From Roseburia hominis (GTDB lineage: Bacteria; Bacillota_I; Bacilli_A; RFN20; CAG-826): a DNA stretch of 64,000 nt. The notes below the pieces were generated by a model. That model saw only the letters and a program-made list of their open reading frames with translations. It ran no database searches and had not been told where the DNA came from. The DNA lies in NCBI GenBank assembly GCA_963642055.1, contig CAVIFQ010000008.1:14805-78804 (forward strand), in the 5' to 3' direction. The position numbers were made by a program, and so were the translations under genes. Shown here piece by piece: positions 1 through 9,156 of the stretch. Numbering within the stretch: the first letter of the stretch is position 1; each line of letters opens with the position of its first letter.

Positions 1-380
1 ATGACTGCGGCTATAGCGATCTTCCTACTCTCCTTCTCCATAGGATGAAGTGCGCTCATATCCCCTTCCCCGCTTTCTTTCTTCCAGGGGTAAATGTAAT
101 CACGAGGCTCTTTTACGGCTTCTCCATCAAAGACGTATCCCCAAGAGAAACAATCAAAAAGAACGTAACGCCGCTCCTTATCTTCCATGGCGAAGACGAT
201 GATTTTGTTCCCACAATCGAAGGAAAAGAGATATACGCCTCTAGACCCGTTGGCTCAGAAATCCATATCATACCGAAAGCCATCCACGCCCGTTCTTACG
301 AGGTAAATCCCCAGGCATATGAAGAGATATGCATGGGTTTTATAAACAAAATTCTAGAAGGGACAGAAAATGGAAAATGA
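1..380 (+). CDS. alpha/beta-fold hydrolase, C-terminal fragment (5' end outside window)
   Basis: Frame 3 is open from base 3. The sequence ...TPLLIFHGEDDDFVP...IHIIPKAIHA... resembles the acid and His loops of alpha/beta hydrolases. Stop at 378-380. Confidence 0.55.
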   Translation, partial: DCGYSDLPTLLLHRMKCAHIPFPAFFLPGVNVITRLFYGFSIKDVSPRETIKKNVTPLLIFHGEDDDFVPTIEGKEIYASRPVGSEIHIIPKAIHARSYEVNPQAYEEICMGFINKILEGTENGK

Positions 381-1878
381 AACCTTGCCTCTAAGAGAGG
401 AAAAAGTCAAAACCTCGAGCGCGGTCTGGCTCGGGGCGGCGAATGCGGGAACTGGATTACTATGCGCTTTTGCGGAAGGCGCGGCTTTCCAGTACCTCTT
501 CGTCAACAAGCTTGGCTTAAGCACCGAGCTCAACATGATCGTTTGGATCATCTTCGGCATCTGGAATGCCTTAAATGACCCAATCTACGGCTTCTTGGCC
601 GATCGCACCCACTCAAAACTCGGGCGAAGAATCCCCTGGATCAGATATGGCGCTCCCATTATGGCAGTTATCTATGCCCTTATGTGGCTACCATGCTTAC
701 AAGGAGCTGGGGTGAGCCAAGGACTTCTCTTCTTCCAAGAGCTCATCGGCTTGTTCTTATACGATATCCTCTACACCGCCATCGCTTCCGCAATTTACGT
801 TATGCCATATGAAATGGCGGTCACCAACAAAGCCAGAAACAAGATATTCCTCTTCAATATCCTTTTCTCCCTTATCAATTTCGGCGCGCCGATGATTCTC
901 AATTCGCAGCTCGATAAGCTCATTGAACAGAACGCCACCATCTTCCCGCTCATCATGGCGGGGATGGGTCTAGTGTGCGGCGCCATCGTCTTCGTTTCTA
1001 CTTTCTTCTACAAAGAGAACGGCTATATCGTCGAAGAGGAGCAGCCCAAATTCTTCGAAGGGCTCAAGCTCTGCCTCAAAAATAAATCCTTCCTTCTATT
1101 CGAAGTCGTCTCTTGGACGGTCATCTTCGCGCAGAATGCCCTTATGGTCGGATTAACTTATGTCTCTGGCATGTGGGCGGTTGAAGGAGCGGGGAACGGA
1201 TGGATCGGAGGAAGTTCCATCATCGTTCTCTATGCCGCGCTTGCCGTTGGCTTAATCCTAGGCATCCTCTTCTTCAACTTCACAAGGAATAAACTCGGAT
1301 TGCGTGTTGAGATGCTTATTCTCACCGGCACCATGGGCACAGGGTGCTTGCTTGGCGCTTTCCTTGGTCAATATTTCATCGTCTCCGTTATCACTTTCTT
1401 CCTCTGCGGCATTGGACTCGCAGGCGGCTTATACCTCATCCCGATGATCAATGGCGATGTCATTGATAAAGATGAAGTCGATAATGGCACGCGAAGAGAA
1501 GGGGTCTATGCTGGCATCAATTCCCTTATCACCAAACCAGCTGGTTCAATCGCCACCGCCCTTTTCCCTCTCATGCTCACTTCTTTATTCGGATTCGATC
1601 AAAGCATCACAAAGCAAACGGAGGATTCCGTCACTGGCAAGATGACGGAAGTCATCGATTATGCAGCTCAAAGCATGCAGGCGAAAAACGGCTTGTTCAT
1701 CTGCTGGTTCCTCATCACCGGGATCTTGCTCGTTCTTTCCTTCATCGCCATGTATTTCTATCCGCTGCACGGCAAAGAATGGGACGAGAAAAAGAAAGAG
1801 CTCTCCGATAAGCACATCGCGAAACAGCAAGAATACGAGCAAAGAGTGCTTGCGGAGATGGCTGAGAAAAACAAATAA
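370..1878 (+). CDS. GPH-family (MelB/GusB-like) glycoside-pentoside-hexuronide:cation symporter
   Basis: 502-aa polytopic membrane protein. The N-terminal motif NDPIYGFLADRTHSKLGRRIPW is typical of the GPH family. The ATG overlaps the end of the upstream gene. Confidence 0.8.
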   Translation: MENETLPLREEKVKTSSAVWLGAANAGTGLLCAFAEGAAFQYLFVNKLGLSTELNMIVWIIFGIWNALNDPIYGFLADRTHSKLGRRIPWIRYGAPIMAVIYALMWLPCLQGAGVSQGLLFFQELIGLFLYDILYTAIASAIYVMPYEMAVTNKARNKIFLFNILFSLINFGAPMILNSQLDKLIEQNATIFPLIMAGMGLVCGAIVFVSTFFYKENGYIVEEEQPKFFEGLKLCLKNKSFLLFEVVSWTVIFAQNALMVGLTYVSGMWAVEGAGNGWIGGSSIIVLYAALAVGLILGILFFNFTRNKLGLRVEMLILTGTMGTGCLLGAFLGQYFIVSVITFFLCGIGLAGGLYLIPMINGDVIDKDEVDNGTRREGVYAGINSLITKPAGSIATALFPLMLTSLFGFDQSITKQTEDSVTGKMTEVIDYAAQSMQAKNGLFICWFLITGILLVLSFIAMYFYPLHGKEWDEKKKELSDKHIAKQQEYEQRVLAEMAEKNK

Positions 1879-1895
1879 GAAATCTTCTAAATTAG

Positions 1896-1922
1896 GCGCT
1901 GGGCATCACTCAGCGCTTTTTT
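1896..1922 (+). terminator. rho-independent terminator after the symporter gene
   Basis: GCGCTG-ggcatcact-CAGCGC hairpin followed by TTTTTT. Confidence 0.6.
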
Positions 1923-2091
1923 GCTTATAAATCCATTATCCCCGCCAAAACGGCTTTATTTTTTGGATTTTGCCATCAATAACGAGGAAAATCAGAAACC
2001 AATAAGGCGCTTAATTTTATTAAAAATCCCAAAATAAGCATTGACAATATGGGCGGATATCCTAACTTTTTACGAATTGGAGGTAACTTTT

Positions 2092-4675
2092 ATGAAAAAG
2101 AAAAGCATTCTCTTGTTGGGGTTACTTGTGGGGGGGGTCAATCTCGCTTGCTAGTTGCTCACCCGCAACCGATGAATCATCTGCATCATCGTCTGCATCA
2201 ATGAGCGAATCATCATCTATTTTTTCCTCTTTGAAGGAAGGAGCCTTGTCCTATCTAAGCGGAACATTCTATGGCGGAGGAGGGACTTTGACCGCCAACG
2301 AGAAATCCGTCGTTTATGATGGCGACACCAAACTTAGCCTTACGCCAACAAGCGTTGGAAAAATCAAACTCACGAAGGGCGAAGATTCCCAAAAAGCCGT
2401 CGTCGTTTATTTCGATGCCGCCCTCAATAATGGCACCAACTACAGGCTCTATGCCGATATTTTGAATGATGGGTTCATCCATCTCGAGAAAGAAGAAGGC
2501 GATAGTTACACCACAATCGCGACTTTCCAGCCTGATGTCTCGAAATGCTCTGGCACTTATTCCGGTTATCCGGTTGGAGATGACAATCACGGCGTCGATT
2601 ACAACAATTATTTAATTCTCGATCCGAATTTTGATGCTGGCCGGGATGCTTATCCCATGTCATCATTCCTTCCTTATTACAGCTCTTATTCAAGCGAGCA
2701 AGCCTGGCACTACATCGCCCGGATTCGCCTAAGCTCTCTAAAACAGCGTTACTATACTGTCGAATTCTACGATTCGGATAATTACGGATTTGGTGAACTA
2801 TCAGTCGTAAAAACCGCCAACGGATATTGGCTGAGCGACGGATATTACGGCTACTACACCGATGAAGGCGCTTATAACGGCCTCAACCTTTTCGACGGAG
2901 AGAGCGGGGACAGCTTCAGCGTAACCTTAACAGAAGCGGATAAGACTATCACTTTTGGCGAGAAAACTGGCACTTATGAGCTTGCTTACGATGATTTGGG
3001 AACAAGCCTCAACGCTACTTTCGGAGAAGAAAAAGCCAGCATTCGCATGTTCGATCATTACCTCAGTTATGAAAGTGATGGCAAAACAAGCGTATACCCA
3101 ATTGACAGTGTCGATGATTTAAAAGGCACTTTCACCGATAAAACAAACACTTTCTCTTGCGATTCTGATTCGTATACAGGAGAGTACACGGTCAAATTTA
3201 ACGATAAGGCGGTTGACTACAAATGCGTTATCGAGAACAACCGCAAGTCATTCTCCTTCGACGTCGACGGCGTGAATTACATCATCTCGCCAGACAAATA
3301 TGATGTGGCCGTTCGCGTCAATAAAGGCGGCGATATCTCCTATTACATCAATGGCAGCCGTTACGATGAAGCCTTCGTCGACGATTTCGTTGCCCACGAT
3401 AAAGATAATTCCTTCACTCTGAGCGTCAGCAGCGATTTCACCTACACCCTCAATAACGAAAGTGGGAAAGCTGTTTATTCCTACACCCATGGTGATAGGT
3501 ATCCCTCTCTTGTATTAGAAGAAAGCGCGAACCATAAGAAACTAACTCCAGTCTTCGAAAGCGCCGGTTATTTCGTCCTTGAGTCGGATAACGCTGACGA
3601 TGTCACTCTCTATAGCGCTTCTGTCTTAAATGAGGCCTATAACACTTATAGCTCTAACGGCAAAGACACGCTGGTTTTCGATAAAGACAAGCTTACTTAC
3701 AACGGCAAGTCCTACGATTATGAGTTCACGCCTCATTATCAAGAAGGTACCGGTTACTACAATTTTGCAGTTACCTCCAGCCTTGGTCTTCTTATTTATG
3801 ATCCAGATGGATGCGTTTATATCGGTAAAAGTAGTTTTATCACTAAAGACACCTTTGCCACGATTGCTGGAACTTATTCTCTTTACGGAAAATACGGGAT
3901 TGAGAATATCAAAATGAGCGCAACTGGTGATTTAACCCTAGATACCGTCAATAAAGCAGGTGACGGCTTGGACAGAGACGTATCTTACGAGTACGCAATT
4001 ATCATGATGGCCGATAGTAGCTATAACGTCGTGCCGGTGCTTGCTTTTGTTTATGAAGGTATCGGCATTGATGTCTATTTCTATGACGATCATCTCATGA
4101 TTGCTGGCCTAGATTACTACCGGGAAGAGGTTCTCAACAGTTGGGGCGTATACGTAGACGAAGCCAACGAGAACATCCTTTACCTTAATGAAAGTGATGT
4201 TTATCTAAACGGTGATTCTTTGACCATCAAAAAGAGAAGCGAAAGTGACGGCAAACTCGTCTATGAGACCTCTAGTGGAACCATCACTATCGATACAACT
4301 GGGACAACTGCTTCAGCAACCATCGTGAATGGTGAAGATACAATCAATTTGACCCGTAAATATACTTACGAGGATTACAGCAAATTCGCTGGCGAATACG
4401 ACGTCAATTCCACTACCGTTAAATTCGGAAAGGCTAGTTCGGTCAATTTGACATATGAAGCCGTCGTTGGCGAAGGCGACAGCGCTTCGACTATTGAGTT
4501 CAGCGATATGAAATTTGTCTTAAAAGACGGGAAAGTCGCATTGAAATTCTCTGTCTTATTCAGTGGTGATTACTATCTCAGCATGGACGAGGAGACAAAT
4601 ACAGTAAGCGCAAGCTTCGAGGCATCGTCCCTTCCTCCGATCCCTCCAGCACCCCCAGCTCCACCAGCCGCTTAA
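2092..4675 (+). CDS. large surface lipoprotein, frame-disrupted at a G8 tract in the signal peptide (long ORF 2126-4675)
   Basis: GGAGGT RBS at 2078-2083, then ATG at 2092 encoding MKKKSILLLGLLVGG. After the G8 run the long ORF continues in the +1 frame as SISLASCSPATD (lipobox LAS|C). The protein is Ser/Thr/Asp/Tyr-rich with a Pro-rich C-terminus. Confidence 0.7.
2130..2137 (+). repeat. homopolymeric G8 tract
   Basis: Read directly: gtgGGGGGGGtca, inside the lipoprotein signal-peptide region. Confidence 0.95.
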
Positions 4676-4697
4676 GTTCTTCTTTTAGGCTCGTTAA

Positions 4698-4725
4698 ACG
4701 CGCGGAAAAATCCGCGCGTTTTTCT
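4698..4725 (+). terminator. rho-independent terminator after the lipoprotein gene
   Basis: ACGCGCGGA-aaaa-TCCGCGCGT hairpin followed by a T-run. Confidence 0.75.
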
Positions 4726-4874
4726 TTTTATGATGCCAGGGTTTATAGTCCCTCTTTCGATCTATCCGTCAAGAAATCTGCTGCTCTTATCACACCATAT
4801 CTTTATCATTCGGTAAGGCTTTTCGTGCAACGCGGGGATCCATTTCGGTGCTTTAGGGCCCAATCCTTTGCCTA

Positions 4875-4993
4875 TTTCATTTAGAAAATGCAACAAACTT
4901 GCATGAATTTCATTTAGAAAACGCAACATATTAGGCAAATTTTCATTTAGAAAATGCAACATATCTCTATTATTTTCATTTAGAAAATGCTAT
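4875..4993 (+). repeat. four iteron-like 20-bp repeats (TTTCATTTAGAAAATGCAAC) at exact 33-bp phasing
   Basis: Copies start at 4875, 4908, 4941 and 4974. The core contains the palindrome CATTT-AGA-AAATG. The 13-bp intervening segments differ between copies. Confidence 0.9.
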
Positions 4994-5034
4994 TTTGTGT
5001 TTGAGAATTAGCTTCTAAAACAAAGAGGTGGCCT

Positions 5035-6375
5035 ATGGAATTCAAAAGGAAAATATACAGCCAAATGAAGGAATGGAAGGAAGAGAAAAATCGTAATTCC
5101 GCTCTTTTGATTGAAGGGGCTAGACGAATCGGAAAGACAACCATCGTCAAAGAATTTGCCAAAAAAGAGTATCGCGATTTCATCTATATCGATTTCACCT
5201 ACGCTTCAGATGAAATAAAAGCCTTATTCAAAAGGATCGATCCATCCAAAAGCGGTTCGATGGATCAATTCTTCGCTGATCTTTTTCTCGTTATGGGCAA
5301 ATTATTGAAAAACGGTGATTTGATCATCTTTGACGAGGTCCAGCATTTTCCGCTTGCTCGACAAGCGATAAAAGCTCTGGTTTATGATGGGCGTTTTGAC
5401 TACATAGAGACAGGCTCATTAATCTCGATTAGAGAAAACACGCAAGGAATCCAAATGCCTTCCGAAGAAAGAAGAATCGAGATGCACCCGATGGATTTTG
5501 AGGAATTTTGCTGGGCTTTCGCTTGGGATGAGAAATGCGAATTGCTGCGCACGATTTTTAATGACCATAAAACAATGAGCGAAAGCGCCCACAAGCTTTT
5601 GATGAATGATTTCAGGCTCTATCTAGCTTTAGGAGGCATGCCCAAAGTCATTTCTCTTTACCAAGAAACAAATTCATTCATGCGATGCGAAAAAGAGAAA
5701 CGGGATATCCTCAAACTATATGAGGATGACTTAAGAAAGCATGATGATGGCGCGAAAACGCGTACTCTCGATATTTATGGTTCCATGCTTCCGGCGCTGA
5801 AGTCGTGGTCAAAGCGCATCAAGACCAAAACGAGAGGCCAAAATTCAATGAACTCCTATCAGCGTTCGCTTAAAGATTTGGAGGATTCGAAAATAGTCAA
5901 TTCCGTTTATCGATGCTCCGATTTAAGCTTCAGCTCTTTCATGAAAGAGGAAAACAGTTTCAAACTCTACCCTCTCGATGTCGGATTGATGCTGAGCTCA
6001 CTCATCGGGGATGAGAATGAAGACAGCGAAACCACATATCGCAAAATCAGGATAGGCCACATCGACGGAGCGAATTTCGGAAGTCTATACGAAACGTTCG
6101 TTCTTCAATGTTTAGTAAGCAATGGCAGAAAAGCCTTCTATCACACCTTTGAATATAACGATAAGAAATACGAGATCGATTTTCTTGCTTTCATAAAGGG
6201 CAAAATGAATGCAATCGAAGTCAAATCGACAAAGAGATTCGAAGCTACTTCCTTTCTTTCGCTTCAAGATAAATACCAACAACTTAAATTCAATAAAGTT
6301 GTCATCTCACCCAAGCCGTTGAAATACGAGGATGGGGTTACTTATTTGCCTATTTATATGGCATTCTTGCTGTAA
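5035..6375 (+). CDS. AAA+ ATPase, DUF4143-type (paralog A), with a C-terminal PD-(D/E)xK-like motif
   Basis: Walker A GARRIGKTT and Walker B IIFDEVQ. C-terminal EIDFL...IEVKS (D...ExK). RBS AAAGAGGTG lies upstream. Confidence 0.8.
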   Translation: MEFKRKIYSQMKEWKEEKNRNSALLIEGARRIGKTTIVKEFAKKEYRDFIYIDFTYASDEIKALFKRIDPSKSGSMDQFFADLFLVMGKLLKNGDLIIFDEVQHFPLARQAIKALVYDGRFDYIETGSLISIRENTQGIQMPSEERRIEMHPMDFEEFCWAFAWDEKCELLRTIFNDHKTMSESAHKLLMNDFRLYLALGGMPKVISLYQETNSFMRCEKEKRDILKLYEDDLRKHDDGAKTRTLDIYGSMLPALKSWSKRIKTKTRGQNSMNSYQRSLKDLEDSKIVNSVYRCSDLSFSSFMKEENSFKLYPLDVGLMLSSLIGDENEDSETTYRKIRIGHIDGANFGSLYETFVLQCLVSNGRKAFYHTFEYNDKKYEIDFLAFIKGKMNAIEVKSTKRFEATSFLSLQDKYQQLKFNKVVISPKPLKYEDGVTYLPIYMAFLL

Positions 6376-6504
6376 CGCTTTTTTACGAGGATCGCCGTTT
6401 TTTTCACTAATCTTTTTTGCACCGCAAAAATCAACGAAAAAGAAAAATCCCTGCAAAAATCATTTAAAAAGATAGATTTAATAAAAATCAGTGGGCGAAT
6501 ACCG

Positions 6505-7611
6505 TTAATCGGTGAATCCTAGATCGGACGCTTTTAGACCTTGATATTTCGAGGTTAATTTATAGCTTGTGATTCTCTCGGTCCCAGAGCACGCCTCAAG
6601 AATGCCTTTTTTAGCCCACTCCTTCATCCACTTGGCTGCGGCCCTAGTAGTCACTCCGAATAATCCCGCCACCTCTTTGATCTTAAGAACGCTTATCTCT
6701 TTCTCTACGCAATATCTCAATAACGTAAGATCCTTCTTCGATAGAGCGGAAGTTAATATGTCTGTTTCTTTCTTTGATACCGCTAAAGCTTGTTCATAAA
6801 TCTTTTCGGCATTCAAAGCCATGATTTTGCAGAAGTAGCTAATCCAGATCTCAAGATGAGGAGGATTCTCTCTCCCAGAATAAAATAGGGCCGGGAGTCC
6901 CATTTGAATCGATTCGTAGTATCCGCTCAAATCCGACATGTAGTACTCTTCAAAAGAATTGAAACCCTTAAAATCGTAATCGTGTTGCATCAATACATAA
7001 GTAGCGAGCGCTCTTGAGGTTCTCCCGTTTCCGTCTTCAAAAGGATGAATCGTCACTAAAGCGTAATGGATGATGGATGACAAAACAGGCGCCGGTAGGT
7101 CGCTTGAGGAATCGTACCAAGCAATTAGTTCGTTGAGCAAAGGCTCGATATCGACATATTCAGGCGGAATATATTCAGGCTGTTTTGTGCTCGCATCATA
7201 CACCGCGAACAAAACGCCAGGAGGGGTCATCCCACGAAACGGGATTCTCTTTATCTTTCCGTGCTTTTGGATAATATCATGGAGCTGCAAAATGAATTCT
7301 ACGCTTATTTTTGTGCCCTTTTTGTTCTCTTCTTCTAGAAAAGTCAAAGCGTCCCAGTAATTTTGAACCTCTTGTTCTGCCGTTATCCTTTTTTCGTCTT
7401 GCTTATTGGCGATTACTTTCTCAACTTGGTTATATGAAAGAACATTGCCTTCGATGCTGGTTGAGAAATGAGTTTTCTTGAGTTTAGCCTCATACATGAG
7501 CTTCTGTTTTTCCCTTGTTGGCAGATACAAATAATCCAAGGCTGTTTTGTATTTCTCTATGCTCAAAAGATATGTGACTATCTCGTTGGTATACTTGAAA
7601 TCAAGCTTCAT
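6505..7611 (-). CDS. Fic family protein (class II, with intramolecular inhibitory motif) and a C-terminal wHTH
   Basis: Fic motif HPFEDGNGRTSRAL. The N-terminal STSIEGN matches the [ST]xxxE[GN] inhibitory helix. ATG at 7611 has an upstream GAGGAA; the ORF track extends to a TTG at 7644. Confidence 0.88.
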   Translation of the reverse strand: MKLDFKYTNEIVTYLLSIEKYKTALDYLYLPTREKQKLMYEAKLKKTHFSTSIEGNVLSYNQVEKVIANKQDEKRITAEQEVQNYWDALTFLEEENKKGTKISVEFILQLHDIIQKHGKIKRIPFRGMTPPGVLFAVYDASTKQPEYIPPEYVDIEPLLNELIAWYDSSSDLPAPVLSSIIHYALVTIHPFEDGNGRTSRALATYVLMQHDYDFKGFNSFEEYYMSDLSGYYESIQMGLPALFYSGRENPPHLEIWISYFCKIMALNAEKIYEQALAVSKKETDILTSALSKKDLTLLRYCVEKEISVLKIKEVAGLFGVTTRAAAKWMKEWAKKGILEACSGTERITSYKLTSKYQGLKASDLGFTD

Positions 7612-7767
7612 CAAAGGTTCCTCTTCTCTTTGATATTCTAACAAAACAGAGAACCGTTATTAACGTTTTTCGTTCGCTAATCGTTCGCTATTTGCATTTT
7701 TAGCCCCTTATTTGAGTTCTCGAGAATAGGATTTTGGACAAAAAGAGCACTTATAAAAGCGACTATC

Positions 7768-8670
7768 TCATTCACTATCGTCCCGCTTCTCGAGACTTCT
7801 TTTCTCGCTCAATTCCTTCTCGATGCTATCGATGAGTTTAGAAGCGCACTCCTTGATAAAAGATAGGTTCTTCCTGAATTTTGATATATCACCGCTCCCC
7901 CATCCCACAATATAAGAGAAATTGAAATTCTTGGTGTCTAGCCCTAAATACGAACAAACAATGCAGGCTATGGATTCGGCTTCAACTTCCTTTATCTCTC
8001 TTTTCTCTTTAACCGATAAGCCAAGAAAATCAGCCCTTGGGAAAGAATGCGCTAGAGCATGCCCACATTCGTGAGTTAGCGTCGATATCGTTTGAAGATC
8101 CGACATGCCTTTGAGAATTTTGATCTCGCCACTTTTGTGATTGCAAGAGCCGTAGCAATCTTCGCCGAGCTCCTCTTTATTAACGAAGGAAATAGAGAAA
8201 CCGATGGCCTTCATTAATCTATTCGCCCCTAAAATAATTTCCTTTTTCCTTTCAATCGTTTTTGATTCATCGAAAGCGAAGACATTGATTTCTTCCCCTT
8301 CTGTTTGTGAGATATCAAAGACGCTTGTTAGGCGAAATCCCAGCAAAACCTTCTTTTCTTTTTCGTTTTTATCCTCAGCCTTTTTAACGATTGGGCTGAA
8401 TATTTTGATGGATCTCTCGCCTTTTTTAATCCTTCTTCCAAGAGCATTCCACTTCTTCACGCCATAACAAGCATGGGCGTCTTGCTTTTGCATCAAGATA
8501 TAAATCTGATTATTGAGGGAATAATGAGAGAGGTTTCCCATGGCGAGCAGCACCTCTTTGTATTTTCCTTCCTTCAAGAAGCGCTCTAGCTCCAAATCGA
8601 TTTTGCTTACAAGATCATCGATTTCTTTCCTATCGATTTTTCTTTTCTCTTGTTTCTTTTTCTTTCTCAT
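7768..8670 (-). CDS. ArdC-like protein (N-terminal ssDNA-binding domain plus HExxH zincin protease domain)
   Basis: YSLNNQIYILMQ...WNALGRRIKKGERSIKIFSPI resembles the ArdC N-domain, and THECGHALAH is a metalloprotease motif. ATG at 8670 is preceded by AGGAGG. Confidence 0.7.
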   Translation of the reverse strand: MRKKKKQEKRKIDRKEIDDLVSKIDLELERFLKEGKYKEVLLAMGNLSHYSLNNQIYILMQKQDAHACYGVKKWNALGRRIKKGERSIKIFSPIVKKAEDKNEKEKKVLLGFRLTSVFDISQTEGEEINVFAFDESKTIERKKEIILGANRLMKAIGFSISFVNKEELGEDCYGSCNHKSGEIKILKGMSDLQTISTLTHECGHALAHSFPRADFLGLSVKEKREIKEVEAESIACIVCSYLGLDTKNFNFSYIVGWGSGDISKFRKNLSFIKECASKLIDSIEKELSEKRSLEKRDDSE

Positions 8671-8870
8671 GGAGGTCCCTCCTATCTTGAGAGGGTTAAA
8701 GAGTCCCTCACCCATATATAGAAAGAAAAAGGCTCTTTTCTCGATCGCTCTTTCTTTGAAGCATCTCTTCGCGAAATCAAAGAGAGGCCAAATGATGCTT
8801 CATTTTTCGCATCGCATATCAATTTTGCTTACATAAATAAGACCGTTTACTACCCTTAAAATTTGGCGGA

Positions 8871-8910
8871 TTTGGAAAAACTGAAAAAATTCCTAGTTTT
8901 TCCAAAATTG
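8871..8910. repeat. 40-bp palindromic element, distal copy (TTTGGAAAAACT-n12-AGTTTTTCCAAA)
   Basis: 12-bp perfect inverted arms; near-identical to the copy at 9086-9125. Confidence 0.9.
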
Positions 8911-9085
8911 AATATAAACCCTGTTTATCTCTCAATATACTACGTTGTACAACTCACTATATTTAATTAAAAAGATTCGATATTACCTAAATATTTGTCT
9001 AGTTTTATTGAAGGTTAATTTCAATATCGACCATCTATTTTTAAATAGAAAACAAAGGGCTTTTTTGTTGTTGAAAATACTCAAA

Positions 9086-9125
9086 TTTGGAAAAACTCGA
9101 AAAATTCCTAGTTTTTCCAAATTGG
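9086..9125. repeat. 40-bp palindromic element, promoter-proximal copy
   Basis: TTTGGAAAAACTcgaaaaattcctAGTTTTTCCAAA, with TATAAT at 9131-9136 and the ATG at 9157. Confidence 0.9.
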
Positions 9126-9156
9126 GGATTTATAATGCGATTGAAGGATTAAAACC

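Noticed and set aside
4875-4993. Possible CRISPR array, given regularly spaced repeats with variable spacers. The same question applies to 20595-20682.
   Set aside because: There are only 3-4 units, the repeats are 20-22 bp, and the spacers are only 11-13 bp. No cas genes or leader are present. The arrays sit at promoter distance from a gene, so an iteron or operator interpretation fits better.
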